A stretch of DNA of 64,000 nucleotides from Dehalococcoidia bacterium (GTDB lineage: Bacteria; Chloroflexota; Dehalococcoidia; UBA2979): positions 544,001-608,000 of the forward strand of contig OZ219872.1 in assembly GCA_964291495.2 (NCBI GenBank), in the 5' to 3' direction. Below, in pieces: positions 9,118 through 18,642 of the stretch. The first letter of the stretch is position 1; every line of letters starts with the position of its first letter. The translations under genes and the position numbers were made by a program. Under the pieces are notes generated by a model that was not told the DNA's origin, did not search any database, and was given only the letters and a program-made list of their open reading frames with translations.

Positions 9118-10125
9118 ATGGCGCGCTCGGAGACGGTAGTCGACGCCGCCGGCGTCGCGGTGCGCCTGTCCAGCCCGGACAAGGTGATGTTCCCCGAGCG
9201 CGGCTGGACGAAGCTCGATGTCGCGCAGCACTACCTGCGCTGCGCCGAGGGCGTGCTACGCGCCATCGGCGGGCGGCCCTGTCTGCTCAAGCGCTGGCCG
9301 CAAGGCGCGGGCGGCGAGCCGTTCTACCAGAAGCGCGCTCCGAAGGCGGCGCGCGAGACCGCCTGGATCACCTTCCCCTCGGCGCGGCCCGGCCGCATGG
9401 TCGTCGCGCGTGAGCTGCAGGACGTGATCTGGATGGTCCAGCTCAACTGCCTCGACCTGCACAGCTGGCCCGTCACCACCGAGGACCTCGACCGCCCCGA
9501 CGAGCTGCGCCTCGACCTCGATCCCGCCGAGGGCGCGGACTTCGAGCTGGCTCGACCGGTCGCCGCGCTCTGCCGCGACGTGCTCGCCGAACACGGCCTG
9601 GAGGGGCGGCCGAAGACCTCGGGCTCGCGCGGCATCCACATCTACGTCCCGATCGAGCCGCGCTGGAGCTTCCACGAGGTGCGCCGCGCCTCGCTGGCCC
9701 TCGCGCGGGAGGTCGAGCGCCGCGAGCCGGGCCTCGCGACGACCGAGTGGTGGAAGGAGCGTCGCCGCGGCGTCTTCATCGACTACAACCAGAACGCGCG
9801 GGACAAGACGATCGCCAGCGCCTACAGCGTGCGCCACACCGGCCTCGTTTCCGCCCCCTTCGCCTGGGACGAGCTGGAGACGATCGACCCGCACGCGCTC
9901 GACCTCGAAGCATTCGCGGAGCGCTGGGACGCCCTCGGCGACGTCGCCGCGACGATCGAGGCGCCGCCCGGCCGCCTCGACAGCCTGCTCGCACTGGCGG
10001 ATGCGGACGACGCGCGCGGACTCGGCGACGCGCCGTGGCCCCCGCACTATCCGAAGCAGCCGGGCGAGCCGCCCCGCGTCCAGCCCTCGAAACGCGCGAC
10101 CCCGAAGGCGGACGCCACTCCGTAG
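9118..10125 (+). CDS. Stand-alone LigD polymerase-domain primase-polymerase (Prim-PolC-like)
   Basis: SSPDKVMFP, FYQKRAP, DELRLDLDP, KTSGSRGIHIY, FIDYNQNARDKTIASAYSVR. Confidence 0.92.
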   Translation: MARSETVVDAAGVAVRLSSPDKVMFPERGWTKLDVAQHYLRCAEGVLRAIGGRPCLLKRWPQGAGGEPFYQKRAPKAARETAWITFPSARPGRMVVARELQDVIWMVQLNCLDLHSWPVTTEDLDRPDELRLDLDPAEGADFELARPVAALCRDVLAEHGLEGRPKTSGSRGIHIYVPIEPRWSFHEVRRASLALAREVERREPGLATTEWWKERRRGVFIDYNQNARDKTIASAYSVRHTGLVSAPFAWDELETIDPHALDLEAFAERWDALGDVAATIEAPPGRLDSLLALADADDARGLGDAPWPPHYPKQPGEPPRVQPSKRATPKADATP

Positions 10126-10168
10126 CCCGGCCCGCCGGCGCCTCCTCTGACTTCCGTCTCTCCCGCGG

Positions 10169-10764
10169 GAGACCCTTGCGAAACTCCGACAAGCCCGATC
10201 CGGCCCCCTCCGGCCCCCTCTCCTGGGGGAGAGGGTGGGGGTGAGGGGGCTCGCCGGCGCTGCGCGCGGCTCGATGGGTTGTTGCGCCCTCGGGGTACGT
10301 GCCCGGCGGGAGTCGGAATGAGCACGCGCTACGCGCGGCTCGGGCCCACCCGCCCGCCCTCGAATTCCTTTCATGTGGGGGCTGCGCCCCCACGCCCCCG
10401 CCGGATCGGCGAACGTGGCGGGGCCTTCGCCGGCGCACCGCACTCTCGATGGCGTCCGACCCTCTCCAGGAGACCTTTGCGAGACTCCCACAGGCCCGAT
10501 CCGGCCCCCTCTCCCTGGGGAGAGGGCGGGGGTGAGGGGGAGGACTCCCGCGCCCCTTCGAAAGCACCGGCGGCGCAACGAAACTCCGGAGGGCAGATCC
10601 TCCCTCACCCTGGCCCTCTCCCTCGGGGAGAGGGGACCGGAGGGGATGCGCTCGCTGCCCCGAGGTGAGAGGGGACCGGAGGAGATGGGCGCGCTGCCCC
10701 GAGGTGAGAGGGGACCGGAGGAGATGGGCGCGCTGCCCCGAGGTGAGGGTTACGCGAAGGTCTC
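10169..10764. mobile_element. Composite MITE-like element with two left ends, one right end and an internal 39-bp x3 tandem
   Basis: GAGACCCTTGCGAAAC at 10169, GAGACCTTTGCGAGAC at 10470, GTTACGCGAAGGTCTC ending 10764; three triplex motifs; module B; 39-bp unit repeated about 10628-10745. Confidence 0.75.
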
Positions 10765-10830
10765 CGCCGGGGAAAGGGGGGAGCCCCAAAAAGACGGAGG
10801 CGACGGAGCCCCGATGGCGTAGCCGCCGAC

Positions 10831-11577
10831 TCAGCGCATCATCCGCCCACCGTTGACGTACAGCGTCTGGCCGGTGATGAAGCCCGAGCGCTCGGAGGCG
10901 AGGAAGGCGCAGGCCCAGGCGACGTCCTCGGGCGTGCCCCAGCGGCCCAGCGGGACGGCGTCCGGCCCGCTCTCCGGCGGGGGACCGCCGCGCTCGCCGC
11001 TCACGTCGATGGCGGCGGGGGCGACCGTGTTGACGGTGATGCCGTGACCCCCGAGGTCGGCCGCGAGCGCCCTCGTGAGACCGAGCAGACCGGCCTTGCC
11101 GGTCAGCGTGTGGACCCGGCCCGGTTCGACGCCGAAGCCGCCGCCGACGTGGATGATGCGGCCCCAGCCCCGCTCGATCATCGAGGGCGCGACCGCCTGC
11201 GCGAGGTGGAACGAGGCGTCGAGGTTGGTCGCGAGCGCGCGCCGCCAGTCCGCGGGGCTGACGTCGAGGACGTCCTGGTGCGGGCGGGTGGCGGCGTTGC
11301 TGACGGAGATGTCAATCGAGGAGAAGCGGCGCAGCGCCTCGCCGACCAGCGCCTGCACCGCGTCCCGGTCGCCGACGTCGCCGAGCGCCACGAGAGCGTC
11401 CGCGCCGAGCGTGCGCGCCTCCTCCGCGACCGCCTCGGCCTCGGCGCGGTTGCCGCGCGCGTTGACCACGACGTTGGCGCCGCGCGCCGCGAACTCCAGG
11501 AGGATGGCGCGGCCGAGGTTGCGGCCCGAGCCGGTGACGAGCGCGGTCTTGCCCTCGAGGTCACGGTCGGGCTGCAC
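10831..11577 (-). CDS. SDR family oxidoreductase (FabG-like)
   Basis: TGSGRNLG, VSNAA, GQTLYVNGG; GTG start after AGGAG (start uncertain). Confidence 0.85.
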   Translation of the reverse strand: MQPDRDLEGKTALVTGSGRNLGRAILLEFAARGANVVVNARGNRAEAEAVAEEARTLGADALVALGDVGDRDAVQALVGEALRRFSSIDISVSNAATRPHQDVLDVSPADWRRALATNLDASFHLAQAVAPSMIERGWGRIIHVGGGFGVEPGRVHTLTGKAGLLGLTRALAADLGGHGITVNTVAPAAIDVSGERGGPPPESGPDAVPLGRWGTPEDVAWACAFLASERSGFITGQTLYVNGGRMMR

Positions 11578-11669
11578 GCGCTCGCTCCTGTCGCTGCCGG
11601 CGCAAGCGTGCTCGCTGGCCGCCGGCGCGGAGACTAGCATCCCCGGCAGGGCAGGCGAGGAGGGCGAAC

Positions 11670-12524
11670 GTGCAGGATCTCAGCGGCCGGGTGGCGATCG
11701 TGGCGGGCGTCGGGAACCTCGGGCTCGCGCTGGCGCGGCGCCTCGCGGCAGAGCGGATGCGGGTCGTGCTGGCGGACATCGACGCCTCGGGACTGGCGAG
11801 CGCCGAAGCCGAGCTGCGGGCGGCAGGCGCAAGCTGCCTCGCGGTGCCGACGGACGTCGGGAAGCTTGCGGCGGTGCAGGCGCTCGCGGAGCGCGCCCTC
11901 GAGGAGTTCGGGGCGGTCCACGTGCTGTGCAACAACGTCGGCGTCAACCCTCGCAGCGCGACGCTGTGGGAGGCGAGCGACGCCGACTGGCGCTGGACGC
12001 TGGACGGCAATCTCTGGGGCACGGTGCACGCCGTGCGCGTCCTCGTGCCGATCATGCTGGCGCAGGGCGAGGGGCACATCGTCAACACCACGACCGTCCC
12101 GGCCTTCGGCGGGCGCCGCGGTAACAGCCCCTACGTGGTGAGCAAGGGCGCGATCGTGACGCTGACCGAGGTGCTCCACCACGAGCTCGCCGCGACCGGC
12201 TCGGAGGTGCGGGCCTCGCTCCTCATCCCCGGTCGCATCTCCGGAGGGATCGCGAGGAGCGAGCGCCCCGAGGAGTACCGCGAGCCCGGCGACGAGGAGC
12301 GGGTGGCGCTGGAGCGCGCGCGCTACGAGGCGCGCATGCGCGACCGGCAGGCGGAGCCCGAGGACGAGTACCGCACGCCGGAGCAGATCGCGGAGCTGGT
12401 CTGCGAAGCGATCCGCGAGGAGCGCTTCTACGTGCTCACGCAGGCGGAGCGGGCGATCGAGCAGATACGACGCCGCACCGAGGCGATCGCCTCGGGCGGG
12501 GATCCAGTGCTGTTCAGCGGCTGA
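11670..12524 (+). CDS. SDR family oxidoreductase
   Basis: CNNVGV, YVVSK (YxxxK), AIREERFYV C-terminus. Confidence 0.88.
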   Translation: MQDLSGRVAIVAGVGNLGLALARRLAAERMRVVLADIDASGLASAEAELRAAGASCLAVPTDVGKLAAVQALAERALEEFGAVHVLCNNVGVNPRSATLWEASDADWRWTLDGNLWGTVHAVRVLVPIMLAQGEGHIVNTTTVPAFGGRRGNSPYVVSKGAIVTLTEVLHHELAATGSEVRASLLIPGRISGGIARSERPEEYREPGDEERVALERARYEARMRDRQAEPEDEYRTPEQIAELVCEAIREERFYVLTQAERAIEQIRRRTEAIASGGDPVLFSG

Positions 12525-12573
12525 CGAGGCCTCGCGGAGGTCGCCCGGCGTCGACGCGCCCTCCGGCCCCGTT

Positions 12574-13030
12574 CCGGCCCCCTCTCCCTGGGGGAGAGGG
12601 CGGGGGTGAGGGGGAGGACTCTCGCGCTCCCCCGAAAGCCCCAATGGCGCAACGAGACTCCGGAGGGCGCCTCGGGCCACGTTGCGTCAGCGGGGCCGGC
12701 GCGCCATCGGCGCTGTCGGGAACTCGGCGGTTGGTGGGCGCGCCTGGATTCCGGCTTTCGCCGGAATGACAGGAAGGCGAGCCCTCCGGGCCCCCTCTCC
12801 CCGGGGAGAGGGCGGGGGTGAGGGGGAGGACTCTCACGCTCCCCCGAAAGCCCCGAGGGCGCACGAGACTCCAGAGGGCGCCTCCGGGGCACGTTGCGTC
12901 AGCGGGCCTGTTGCGCCATCCGCGCTGTCGAGGGCTCGGCGCTGGGTGGGCGTGCCTGGATTCCGGCTTTCGCCGGAATGACGAGAAGCGTGTGTCGGCG
13001 TGACGAGAAGGGCGTGCCGGAATGACGGGA
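12574..13030. repeat. Mosaic repeat: two ~212-bp units (triplex motif plus CTGGATTCCGGCTTTCGCCGGAATGAC palindrome)
   Basis: Palindrome at 12744-12770 and 12956-12982; triplex motifs near 12578 and 12790; lies between convergent genes. Confidence 0.88.
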
Positions 13031-13088
13031 GGGCGCGCCCTTCTTCGCCCAAACCTCTCCCTGCGGGGGGCTCCTCGAACGGCGCGAG

Positions 13089-13583
13089 CTACGAGGTGTG
13101 CTGCGCGACGATCGCTCGCGCTTCGTCGCCGACGCCCGGCAACGCCGCCCGGAACGCGTCATCGTCCAGCGAGGCCGCGACCTTCGGATAGCCCGCGCGC
13201 TCGATCATCGGTCGCAGGCGGCCGCGCTCGAAACGCTCCAACACCCAGTCGAGGGGATCGCCGGCCGCCGTCGCGTCCAGCATCAGGCGCTCGTTGCCCA
13301 GCTCCGGCCCGTAGTGGTAGTGAGGCGCCTCGCGGAAACAGTCGAAGCGCAGCAGCTCGGTGTCCTGTCCAGCGACGTCGGCATAGATCTGAATGCACAG
13401 CCCGCCGTCGCCCGGGATCTCTCCCCGGTAGCTCATCGCGACCTCGACAGCCCCGGCGGCGATAACCTTCGTTCCCTTGTCCACGCCGACCCGTCCCTCC
13501 GCCTCGACCTGAACCCCCCGCTCGGGACGCTCGATCGAGGGCAGCAGTCTACCCGACTCACGACGCCGGACAGCCGGCGGCAC
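13089..13583 (-). CDS. Conserved hypothetical protein
   Basis: ELLRFDCFREAPHYHYGP motif; last gene of the operon; start uncertain. Confidence 0.7.
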   Translation of the reverse strand: MPPAVRRRESGRLLPSIERPERGVQVEAEGRVGVDKGTKVIAAGAVEVAMSYRGEIPGDGGLCIQIYADVAGQDTELLRFDCFREAPHYHYGPELGNERLMLDATAAGDPLDWVLERFERGRLRPMIERAGYPKVAASLDDDAFRAALPGVGDEARAIVAQHTS

Positions 13584-14818
13584 TAGCCGAAGACGCCGCG
13601 CTCCGCGAGCCGCGCCCGCTCGTCGCCCTCGATGCCGAACTCGCGCAGCACCTCGTGCGTGTGCTGCCCGGCGGCCGGCGCCGGTCCGCGCGGTCCGAGC
13701 TCGGCGGAGCGGATCTGGAACGGGGTGCCGAGCGTCTGGTATGGGCCGGCTTCGGGATGCTCGACATCCCGGATCCAGCCGTACTCCCGCACCTGCGGGT
13801 CGGCGATCACCTCGGGCAGTTCCGCGGCCGGAGCCCAGATCACCCCATGCTCGTCGAGGCGACCCGACCAGTAGGCGAGGTCGTGTTCGGCGAAGGCCTC
13901 CGCGATCACCGCCGCCAGCTCGCGGCCCTCCTCGGCGAAGCGCTCGGCGGCGCTGCGCTCGTCCAGCGCCAGTCCGGGCCGGTCAATCGCGGCGCAGAAC
14001 CGGTCCCAGTAGCGGTCCGGTTGCAGCATCACCAGCACGATCCAGCGCCCGTCCTTCGTCTGGTACGAGTTCCAGATCGGGTTCGTCGGCGCCTCGCGAT
14101 CGTGCCGCGGGGCGGCCTTGCCGGACACGAGCGCTGCGGAGAAGTCCGTGCCGACAGTCCACATTCCGGAGCCGTGGAGGGTGACCTCCACGTACTGCCC
14201 CTCGCCGCTCTGGTCGCGAAGCCTGAGGGCGGCGAGCACCGCCGCGAGGAGGTTGACGCTCGTCATGTGGTCGCCCTGGCCCGGCCGGTTGAGCGGCGGG
14301 GGCGAGCCGGGAGGCTGTTGCAGCGCCGCCATCACCCCGGAGCGCGCCCAGAACGCCGAGTAGTCGAAGCCCGCGCGATCCGCGTCCGGGCCCCGCGTCC
14401 CGTAGCCGGTGAGCGAGGCGTAGATGATCGAGGGACGCGCGGCGCGCAGCGCCTCCTCGGTGAGTCCGTAGCGTTCGCGCCGGGGCTGCGTGAGGTTGGT
14501 GAGGAAGACGTCCGCACGCTCGCACAGCCGCCGCACCAGGCCGGGGCCGTCCTCCCTCGTGAGGTCGACGGTGATCGATCGCTTGCCGCGGTTGTCGAGC
14601 TCGAAGGCGTAGTTGAGCGCGAAGTCGTGGTCGTAGCCGCTCGCGCGGAGGTCGTAGGAGCGGAAGGGGTCTCCGCCCGGCGGCTCCACCTTCACGACGT
14701 CCGCGCCGAGGTCGGCCATCAGGGCGCCGGCGCTCGGCGCGGCCAGCCAGTTGGCGGCCTCGATCACGACGATGCCGCTCAGCGGTCCGGACACGGCCGA
14801 CCCTCCTCCGCTACTCAC
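13583..14818 (-). CDS. CaiB/BaiF family III CoA transferase
   Basis: ADLGADVVKVEPPGGD, DNRGKRSITVDL, GFDYSAFWARSG. Confidence 0.93.
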   Translation of the reverse strand: MSSGGGSAVSGPLSGIVVIEAANWLAAPSAGALMADLGADVVKVEPPGGDPFRSYDLRASGYDHDFALNYAFELDNRGKRSITVDLTREDGPGLVRRLCERADVFLTNLTQPRRERYGLTEEALRAARPSIIYASLTGYGTRGPDADRAGFDYSAFWARSGVMAALQQPPGSPPPLNRPGQGDHMTSVNLLAAVLAALRLRDQSGEGQYVEVTLHGSGMWTVGTDFSAALVSGKAAPRHDREAPTNPIWNSYQTKDGRWIVLVMLQPDRYWDRFCAAIDRPGLALDERSAAERFAEEGRELAAVIAEAFAEHDLAYWSGRLDEHGVIWAPAAELPEVIADPQVREYGWIRDVEHPEAGPYQTLGTPFQIRSAELGPRGPAPAAGQHTHEVLREFGIEGDERARLAERGVFG

Positions 14819-15998
14819 GGGTGCAGATGAAGCTCGCCCCCATCGCGAACGGCCCGACCTCGCAGAGCGCGACCTCGGCGCCGGCGATCTGGCGAGGACC
14901 GGCGGTGCCCATCATCTGGCGGGCGGTCTCCGCGACGTGGGCCATGCCGTGCAGGCGCCCCTCGCCGAGGTTGCCGCCGGACGTGTTGAAGGGCTGCTCC
15001 CCGTCCAGAGCGAGGCGCTCGGCGGTCGCCCAGGCGGGGGCCTCGCCCTCGCCGCAGAAGCGGAAGGTCTCCATCCGCGTCCACATCATCGGGCTGAAGC
15101 CGTCGTAGAGGTGCAGCACGTCGACGTCCTCGGGGCCCAGGCCGGCGCTGCGATAGAGGTTCTCCGCGTGGAGCCCGTCCATCTCGTAGAGGTCCTCGAG
15201 CGACTCGATGATCCCGCCCCGCTCAAGGTTGTGCGGCGTCATGGCGTACCCGGCGATGTAGCCGCCGGGGTGGGGCGTGCCGCGTGCGCGGTCCTCGGTG
15301 GTCATGATCACGGCGCCGGCGCCGTCGACGGGCATGTCGTAATCGAAGAGGCTCATCGGCCAGGAGATGATGCGGGCGTTGAGGTAGTCGTCGCGCGTGA
15401 TCTCGCGCCCGTACCAGGCGGCGTTGTCGTTGAGCTGGGCGTTCTTGTGGGCGTTGAGCACGGCGTCGGCGAGCGCCTCGCGAGGCGCGCCGTACTTCTC
15501 GAGGTAGCGCTGGAAGTGGAGCGCCTGGCGCGGCCCGCCGCCGCCGTGGCCGTAGGGGACGGTGAACTGGTTCTCGCCCCCCGCCGCCGTCGCCGGATTG
15601 TCGTGATAACGCACACCGGCCGGGTGGTGCAGTGCGCGGTAGACGAGGGCGTAGTCGCAGGCCCCGGTGGCGAGCGCGTTCGCGGCCTCGATCACGCTCG
15701 CGGCGATCATCGACCAGTTCGACTGGTTGAACCAGCGCACGTTTGGGAGGCCGAGCATCCGCATCATGTAGGTCGCGGGGATCACGTCGTGGCCGACGAT
15801 CCCGCGGTTGACCCCCAGCGGGTTCGGGTAGGCGGCGATACCGTCGATCTGCGACAGCTCGATGCCGGCGTCCGCCACCGCGTTCGTCACCGCCTCGTAC
15901 GAGATGCTGCCGAGCGAACGAGGCGCATAGCGGTGGCAGGGGCTGTAGCCGACGCCGATGAAGCACGGGCGCTTGCCGGGCGAGAAGTCGATCGCCAT
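14811..15998 (-). CDS. Thiolase-like (SCP-x/Ltp2-type) protein
   Basis: LYDGFS, NTSGGNLGEGRLHG; paired with a DUF35 gene. Confidence 0.88.
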   Translation of the reverse strand: MAIDFSPGKRPCFIGVGYSPCHRYAPRSLGSISYEAVTNAVADAGIELSQIDGIAAYPNPLGVNRGIVGHDVIPATYMMRMLGLPNVRWFNQSNWSMIAASVIEAANALATGACDYALVYRALHHPAGVRYHDNPATAAGGENQFTVPYGHGGGGPRQALHFQRYLEKYGAPREALADAVLNAHKNAQLNDNAAWYGREITRDDYLNARIISWPMSLFDYDMPVDGAGAVIMTTEDRARGTPHPGGYIAGYAMTPHNLERGGIIESLEDLYEMDGLHAENLYRSAGLGPEDVDVLHLYDGFSPMMWTRMETFRFCGEGEAPAWATAERLALDGEQPFNTSGGNLGEGRLHGMAHVAETARQMMGTAGPRQIAGAEVALCEVGPFAMGASFICTRE

Positions 15999-16002
15999 GG
16001 CG

Positions 16003-16467
16003 CTACCCCTGGCCTTCGCGCGCGGGACGGAACTGCGGGAACACGATCTCCTCGCTCGCCCGCTCGAAGACGACCTCGACGGGCATCCCGGCGGCGATCT
16101 CGGCGAAGTCGCAGTCGAGCAGGTTCGCGAGGACGAACAGGCCCGCCTGCTCCTCGAGCTCCACCATCACCACGGGGTACGGCGTCTTCTCGCCGAAGGC
16201 GCGGATGTCGGAGTCCTCGTGGATGTAGTAGCTGTAGACCGTGCCCCGTCCGCTCACGTCGGCGAACGCGAGCTCCGCATCCTCCTCGTGGCAGTTCGTG
16301 CAGAAGTAGACGGGCGGATGGTGGAAGCGCAGGCAGCCCCCGCACTGCTGGATCGCGAGCCCCTCGCGGCGGGCCGCATCCCAGTAGGGCTCGGTCAGCT
16401 CGTCGGGTGCCGGGAGCACGCCGTACGGCGCCATCGTCTCCTTCCGCCCGCTCGGCCTGCTCACCAT
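16003..16467 (-). CDS. DUF35 Zn-ribbon/OB-fold protein
   Basis: YWDAAR, CxxC...CxxC, SGRGTVYSY. Confidence 0.9.
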   Translation of the reverse strand: MVSRPSGRKETMAPYGVLPAPDELTEPYWDAARREGLAIQQCGGCLRFHHPPVYFCTNCHEEDAELAFADVSGRGTVYSYYIHEDSDIRAFGEKTPYPVVMVELEEQAGLFVLANLLDCDFAEIAAGMPVEVVFERASEEIVFPQFRPAREGQG

Positions 16468-16560
16468 CGCTGCCCTCCGTTGCCCGCGCGGCGCACGATA
16501 CCGTCACCCGGTTGATTGCGCTCGCCGGGAGGCCACATCGAGGGCCGCAGGGCCGGGAGG

Positions 16561-17598
16561 CTAGCTCGCGACGACCTCGGAGAAGCCGGGGCCCTCGTCG
16601 CGCTCGATCTGCTCGAGGGTGCAGTCGGCCGGGTCCTTGTCGGGGCGGAAGCGCTCGAAGCGGGTGGCGTGGCGGAAGCGGCCGCCGCTGATCTGGTCGT
16701 AGCTGACCTGCACGACCACCTCGGGCCGTACAGGCGTCCACGAGGTGTCACGCCCGCCGCTCCAGCGGCTCTCCGCGCCGGGGCGGCGCACCCCCTCGCC
16801 GAAGCTGTCCTCGGCGGCCAGCGCCAAAAACTGCTCCAGCAGCGCGACCCGCTGCTCGTCCGGGAAGCCCGAGGTGTGGCCGACGAAGTGCAGCGCCCCG
16901 GCCTCGTCGTAGAGCCCGAGCAGCAGCGAGCCGAGGCGGTCGCCCTGCTTGTGCAGGCGGTAGCCGCCGACCACCGCGTCGACGCTGCGGCGGCGCTTGA
17001 TCTTCAGCATCTCGCGCTTGCCCTCGACGTAGTGCCCGTCGAGGCGCTTCGCGACGATGCCGTCGCAGCCGGCCGCCTCGAACTCCTCGAACCAGCGGCG
17101 CGCCGCCTCCACGTCCTCGGTCGAGGGCGTGAGCCGCCACCGCTCGCCGAGGCCGCCGAGCAGCACGGCGAGCCGCTCCCGCCGCTCGGCGAAGGGCTGC
17201 TCCCGCAGGTCCTCGCCCTCGTGGGCGAGCAGGTCGAAGGCGACGAGGCAGGCCGGCGTCTCCGCGGAGAGCCGCTCGATCCGCGAGGCCGCGGGGTGGA
17301 TGCGCTGCTGGAGCGCATCGAAGTCGCTCGCGTCGCCGATCACGACCAGCACCTCGGCGTCGACGACAGTACCGGAGGGCAGCGCCTCGAGGGCTGGCGC
17401 AAGCTCCGGGAAGTAGCGCAGCAACGGACGGCGGTTGCGGCTGTCGAGGCGCACCTCGTGCGACGCGCCGCCGGACCAGGCGAGTGCGCGGAAGCCGTCC
17501 CACTTGGGCTCGTAGGCCCAGCCGGGCGGCTCCGGCATGCGCTCGCGGACGCGCGCCTCCATTGGGCTGAGCGGCGGTTCGAAGGGCCATCCGGGCAT
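16561..17598 (-). CDS. ligC: ATP-dependent DNA ligase, LigC type
   Basis: YEPKWDGFR, RPLLRYFPE, LQQRIHPAASR, VQVSYDQ, FRH motifs. Confidence 0.92.
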   Translation of the reverse strand: MPGWPFEPPLSPMEARVRERMPEPPGWAYEPKWDGFRALAWSGGASHEVRLDSRNRRPLLRYFPELAPALEALPSGTVVDAEVLVVIGDASDFDALQQRIHPAASRIERLSAETPACLVAFDLLAHEGEDLREQPFAERRERLAVLLGGLGERWRLTPSTEDVEAARRWFEEFEAAGCDGIVAKRLDGHYVEGKREMLKIKRRRSVDAVVGGYRLHKQGDRLGSLLLGLYDEAGALHFVGHTSGFPDEQRVALLEQFLALAAEDSFGEGVRRPGAESRWSGGRDTSWTPVRPEVVVQVSYDQISGGRFRHATRFERFRPDKDPADCTLEQIERDEGPGFSEVVAS

Positions 17599-17608
17599 GG
17601 CGGGACGG

Positions 17609-17645
17609 TAGCACGAGCGGGGGCGCTTGACGGGCGGGCGGCGGC
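17609..17645 (+). repeat. Left copy of 37-bp imperfect direct repeat flanking hicBA
   Basis: TAGCACGAgcGGGGGCGCTTGACGGGCGGGCGGCGGC; 34/37 identical to 18292-18328. Confidence 0.85.
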
Positions 17646-17761
17646 GACGTTCGGTTGTCGCGCACCCGATCGGGATGACTATGATTGATGCTGACCAGCG
17701 TAGGCGGGTTGCTGCCCGCAACCGCCTTCGTGCGCCGGTCGTAGCCTGAACGGGGATAGCG

Positions 17762-18064
17762 ATGCCTCGCGTGGTGTTCTCGCTGACCGTGGACAGTGAA
17801 GTCACGCAGGAGGGCGACGTCTACGTCTCGTACTGCCCCGCGCTGGATCTGTACAGCCAGGGGGACACGGAGGAAGAAGCGAGCACGAACCTGATTGAGG
17901 CGCTGCAACTCTTCGTCCAGTCGTGTTACGAGCGCGGCACGCTCGACGCGGTCATGAAGGAGCGCGGGTTCACCGTGGAACAGGACTCGCTCGCGACCGT
18001 TGAGGTGCGCCCTGATGGCGACTCGAGGCAATCGATCACTCTCCCCGTGGCCGTGCGCGCCTGA
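17762..18064 (+). CDS. hicB: HicB-like antitoxin (RNase H-like fold, no DNA-binding domain evident)
   Basis: YVSYCPALDLYSQGDTEEEA..NLIEALQLF motif. Confidence 0.88.
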   Translation: MPRVVFSLTVDSEVTQEGDVYVSYCPALDLYSQGDTEEEASTNLIEALQLFVQSCYERGTLDAVMKERGFTVEQDSLATVEVRPDGDSRQSITLPVAVRA

Positions 18065-18067
18065 CAC

Positions 18068-18294
18068 GTGCCCCGGATCACGCCCGTCCACTGGCGCGAC
18101 CTCGTGCGGGTCTTCGCAGCATGCGGATTCGCGGAACAGCGCACCACCGGATCGCACATCGTGATCACGCGGGAGGGCGTCGCCAGGCCCATCGTCATCC
18201 CGAAGCATCGATCGGTCGGCGTCTCGATCATCAGGAACAACATCCAACAGCGGGCTTGAGCCGTGAGCGGTACTTCGAGCTGCTCGACTCATAG
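18068..18294 (+). pseudogene. hicA: HicA mRNA interferase toxin, frameshifted near 18246
   Basis: RTTGSHIV and PIVIPKH motifs; frame stops at 18259, but the -1 frame continues TAGLSRERYFELLDS* to 18294, a typical HicA tail. Confidence 0.8.
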
Positions 18295-18328
18295 CACGAC
18301 CGCAGGCGCTTGACGGGCGGGCGGCGGC
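18292..18328 (+). repeat. Right copy of 37-bp direct repeat; contains TTGACG -35-like hexamer upstream of the riboswitch
   Basis: TAGCACGAccGCAGGCGCTTGACGGGCGGGCGGCGGC. Confidence 0.85.
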
Positions 18329-18369
18329 CCTGTTGTATTGGAGTTGCAAGGAGCCGACGGGTTCCCGCG

Positions 18370-18515
18370 ACGCAGCCGAACCTCGTTCGCGGATGGACGG
18401 GGGCGGGGGAACCACCGCAATGGGGTGAATCCGGCGGCGGCGAGGCCCGGAGCGGTCTTGGACGCCCTCGGTAGGCGACCCGAGCGCCGAACCCGTCAGC
18501 TAACCCCGCAGGCGT
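18370..18515 (+). ncRNA. c-di-AMP riboswitch (ydaO/yuaA leader)
   Basis: Ordered hallmarks GCCGAA, GGGGGAACCA, TGGGGTGAATC, TAGG, CCGAACCCGTCAGCTAACCCCGCAGGC; closing ACGC/GCGT pairing. Confidence 0.9.
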
Positions 18516-18642
18516 ACTTGGGGCGGCCTCCACCGGCCTGCCCGGCGCAATGCGCGCTGGCGGCATCTCGGTCGTTCCGGCATCGCCAGGCAGCACGCCG
18601 TGCGGCGTCCCCGCCGCACGCGGAGCGATAGAGGAGGCCGCA

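Noticed and set aside
9118-10125. Complete NHEJ (Ku-LigD) system
   Set aside because: Only a stand-alone polymerase domain and a LigC-type ligase; no Ku or phosphoesterase domain here
10047-10856. ORFs in repeat regions encoding PLTPALSPGRGG-like peptides
   Set aside because: Translations of the repeat family, recurring at every copy in several frames
18257-18259. Selenocysteine or readthrough at the hicA TGA
   Set aside because: Homology-like sequence continues in the -1 frame, not past the stop in frame
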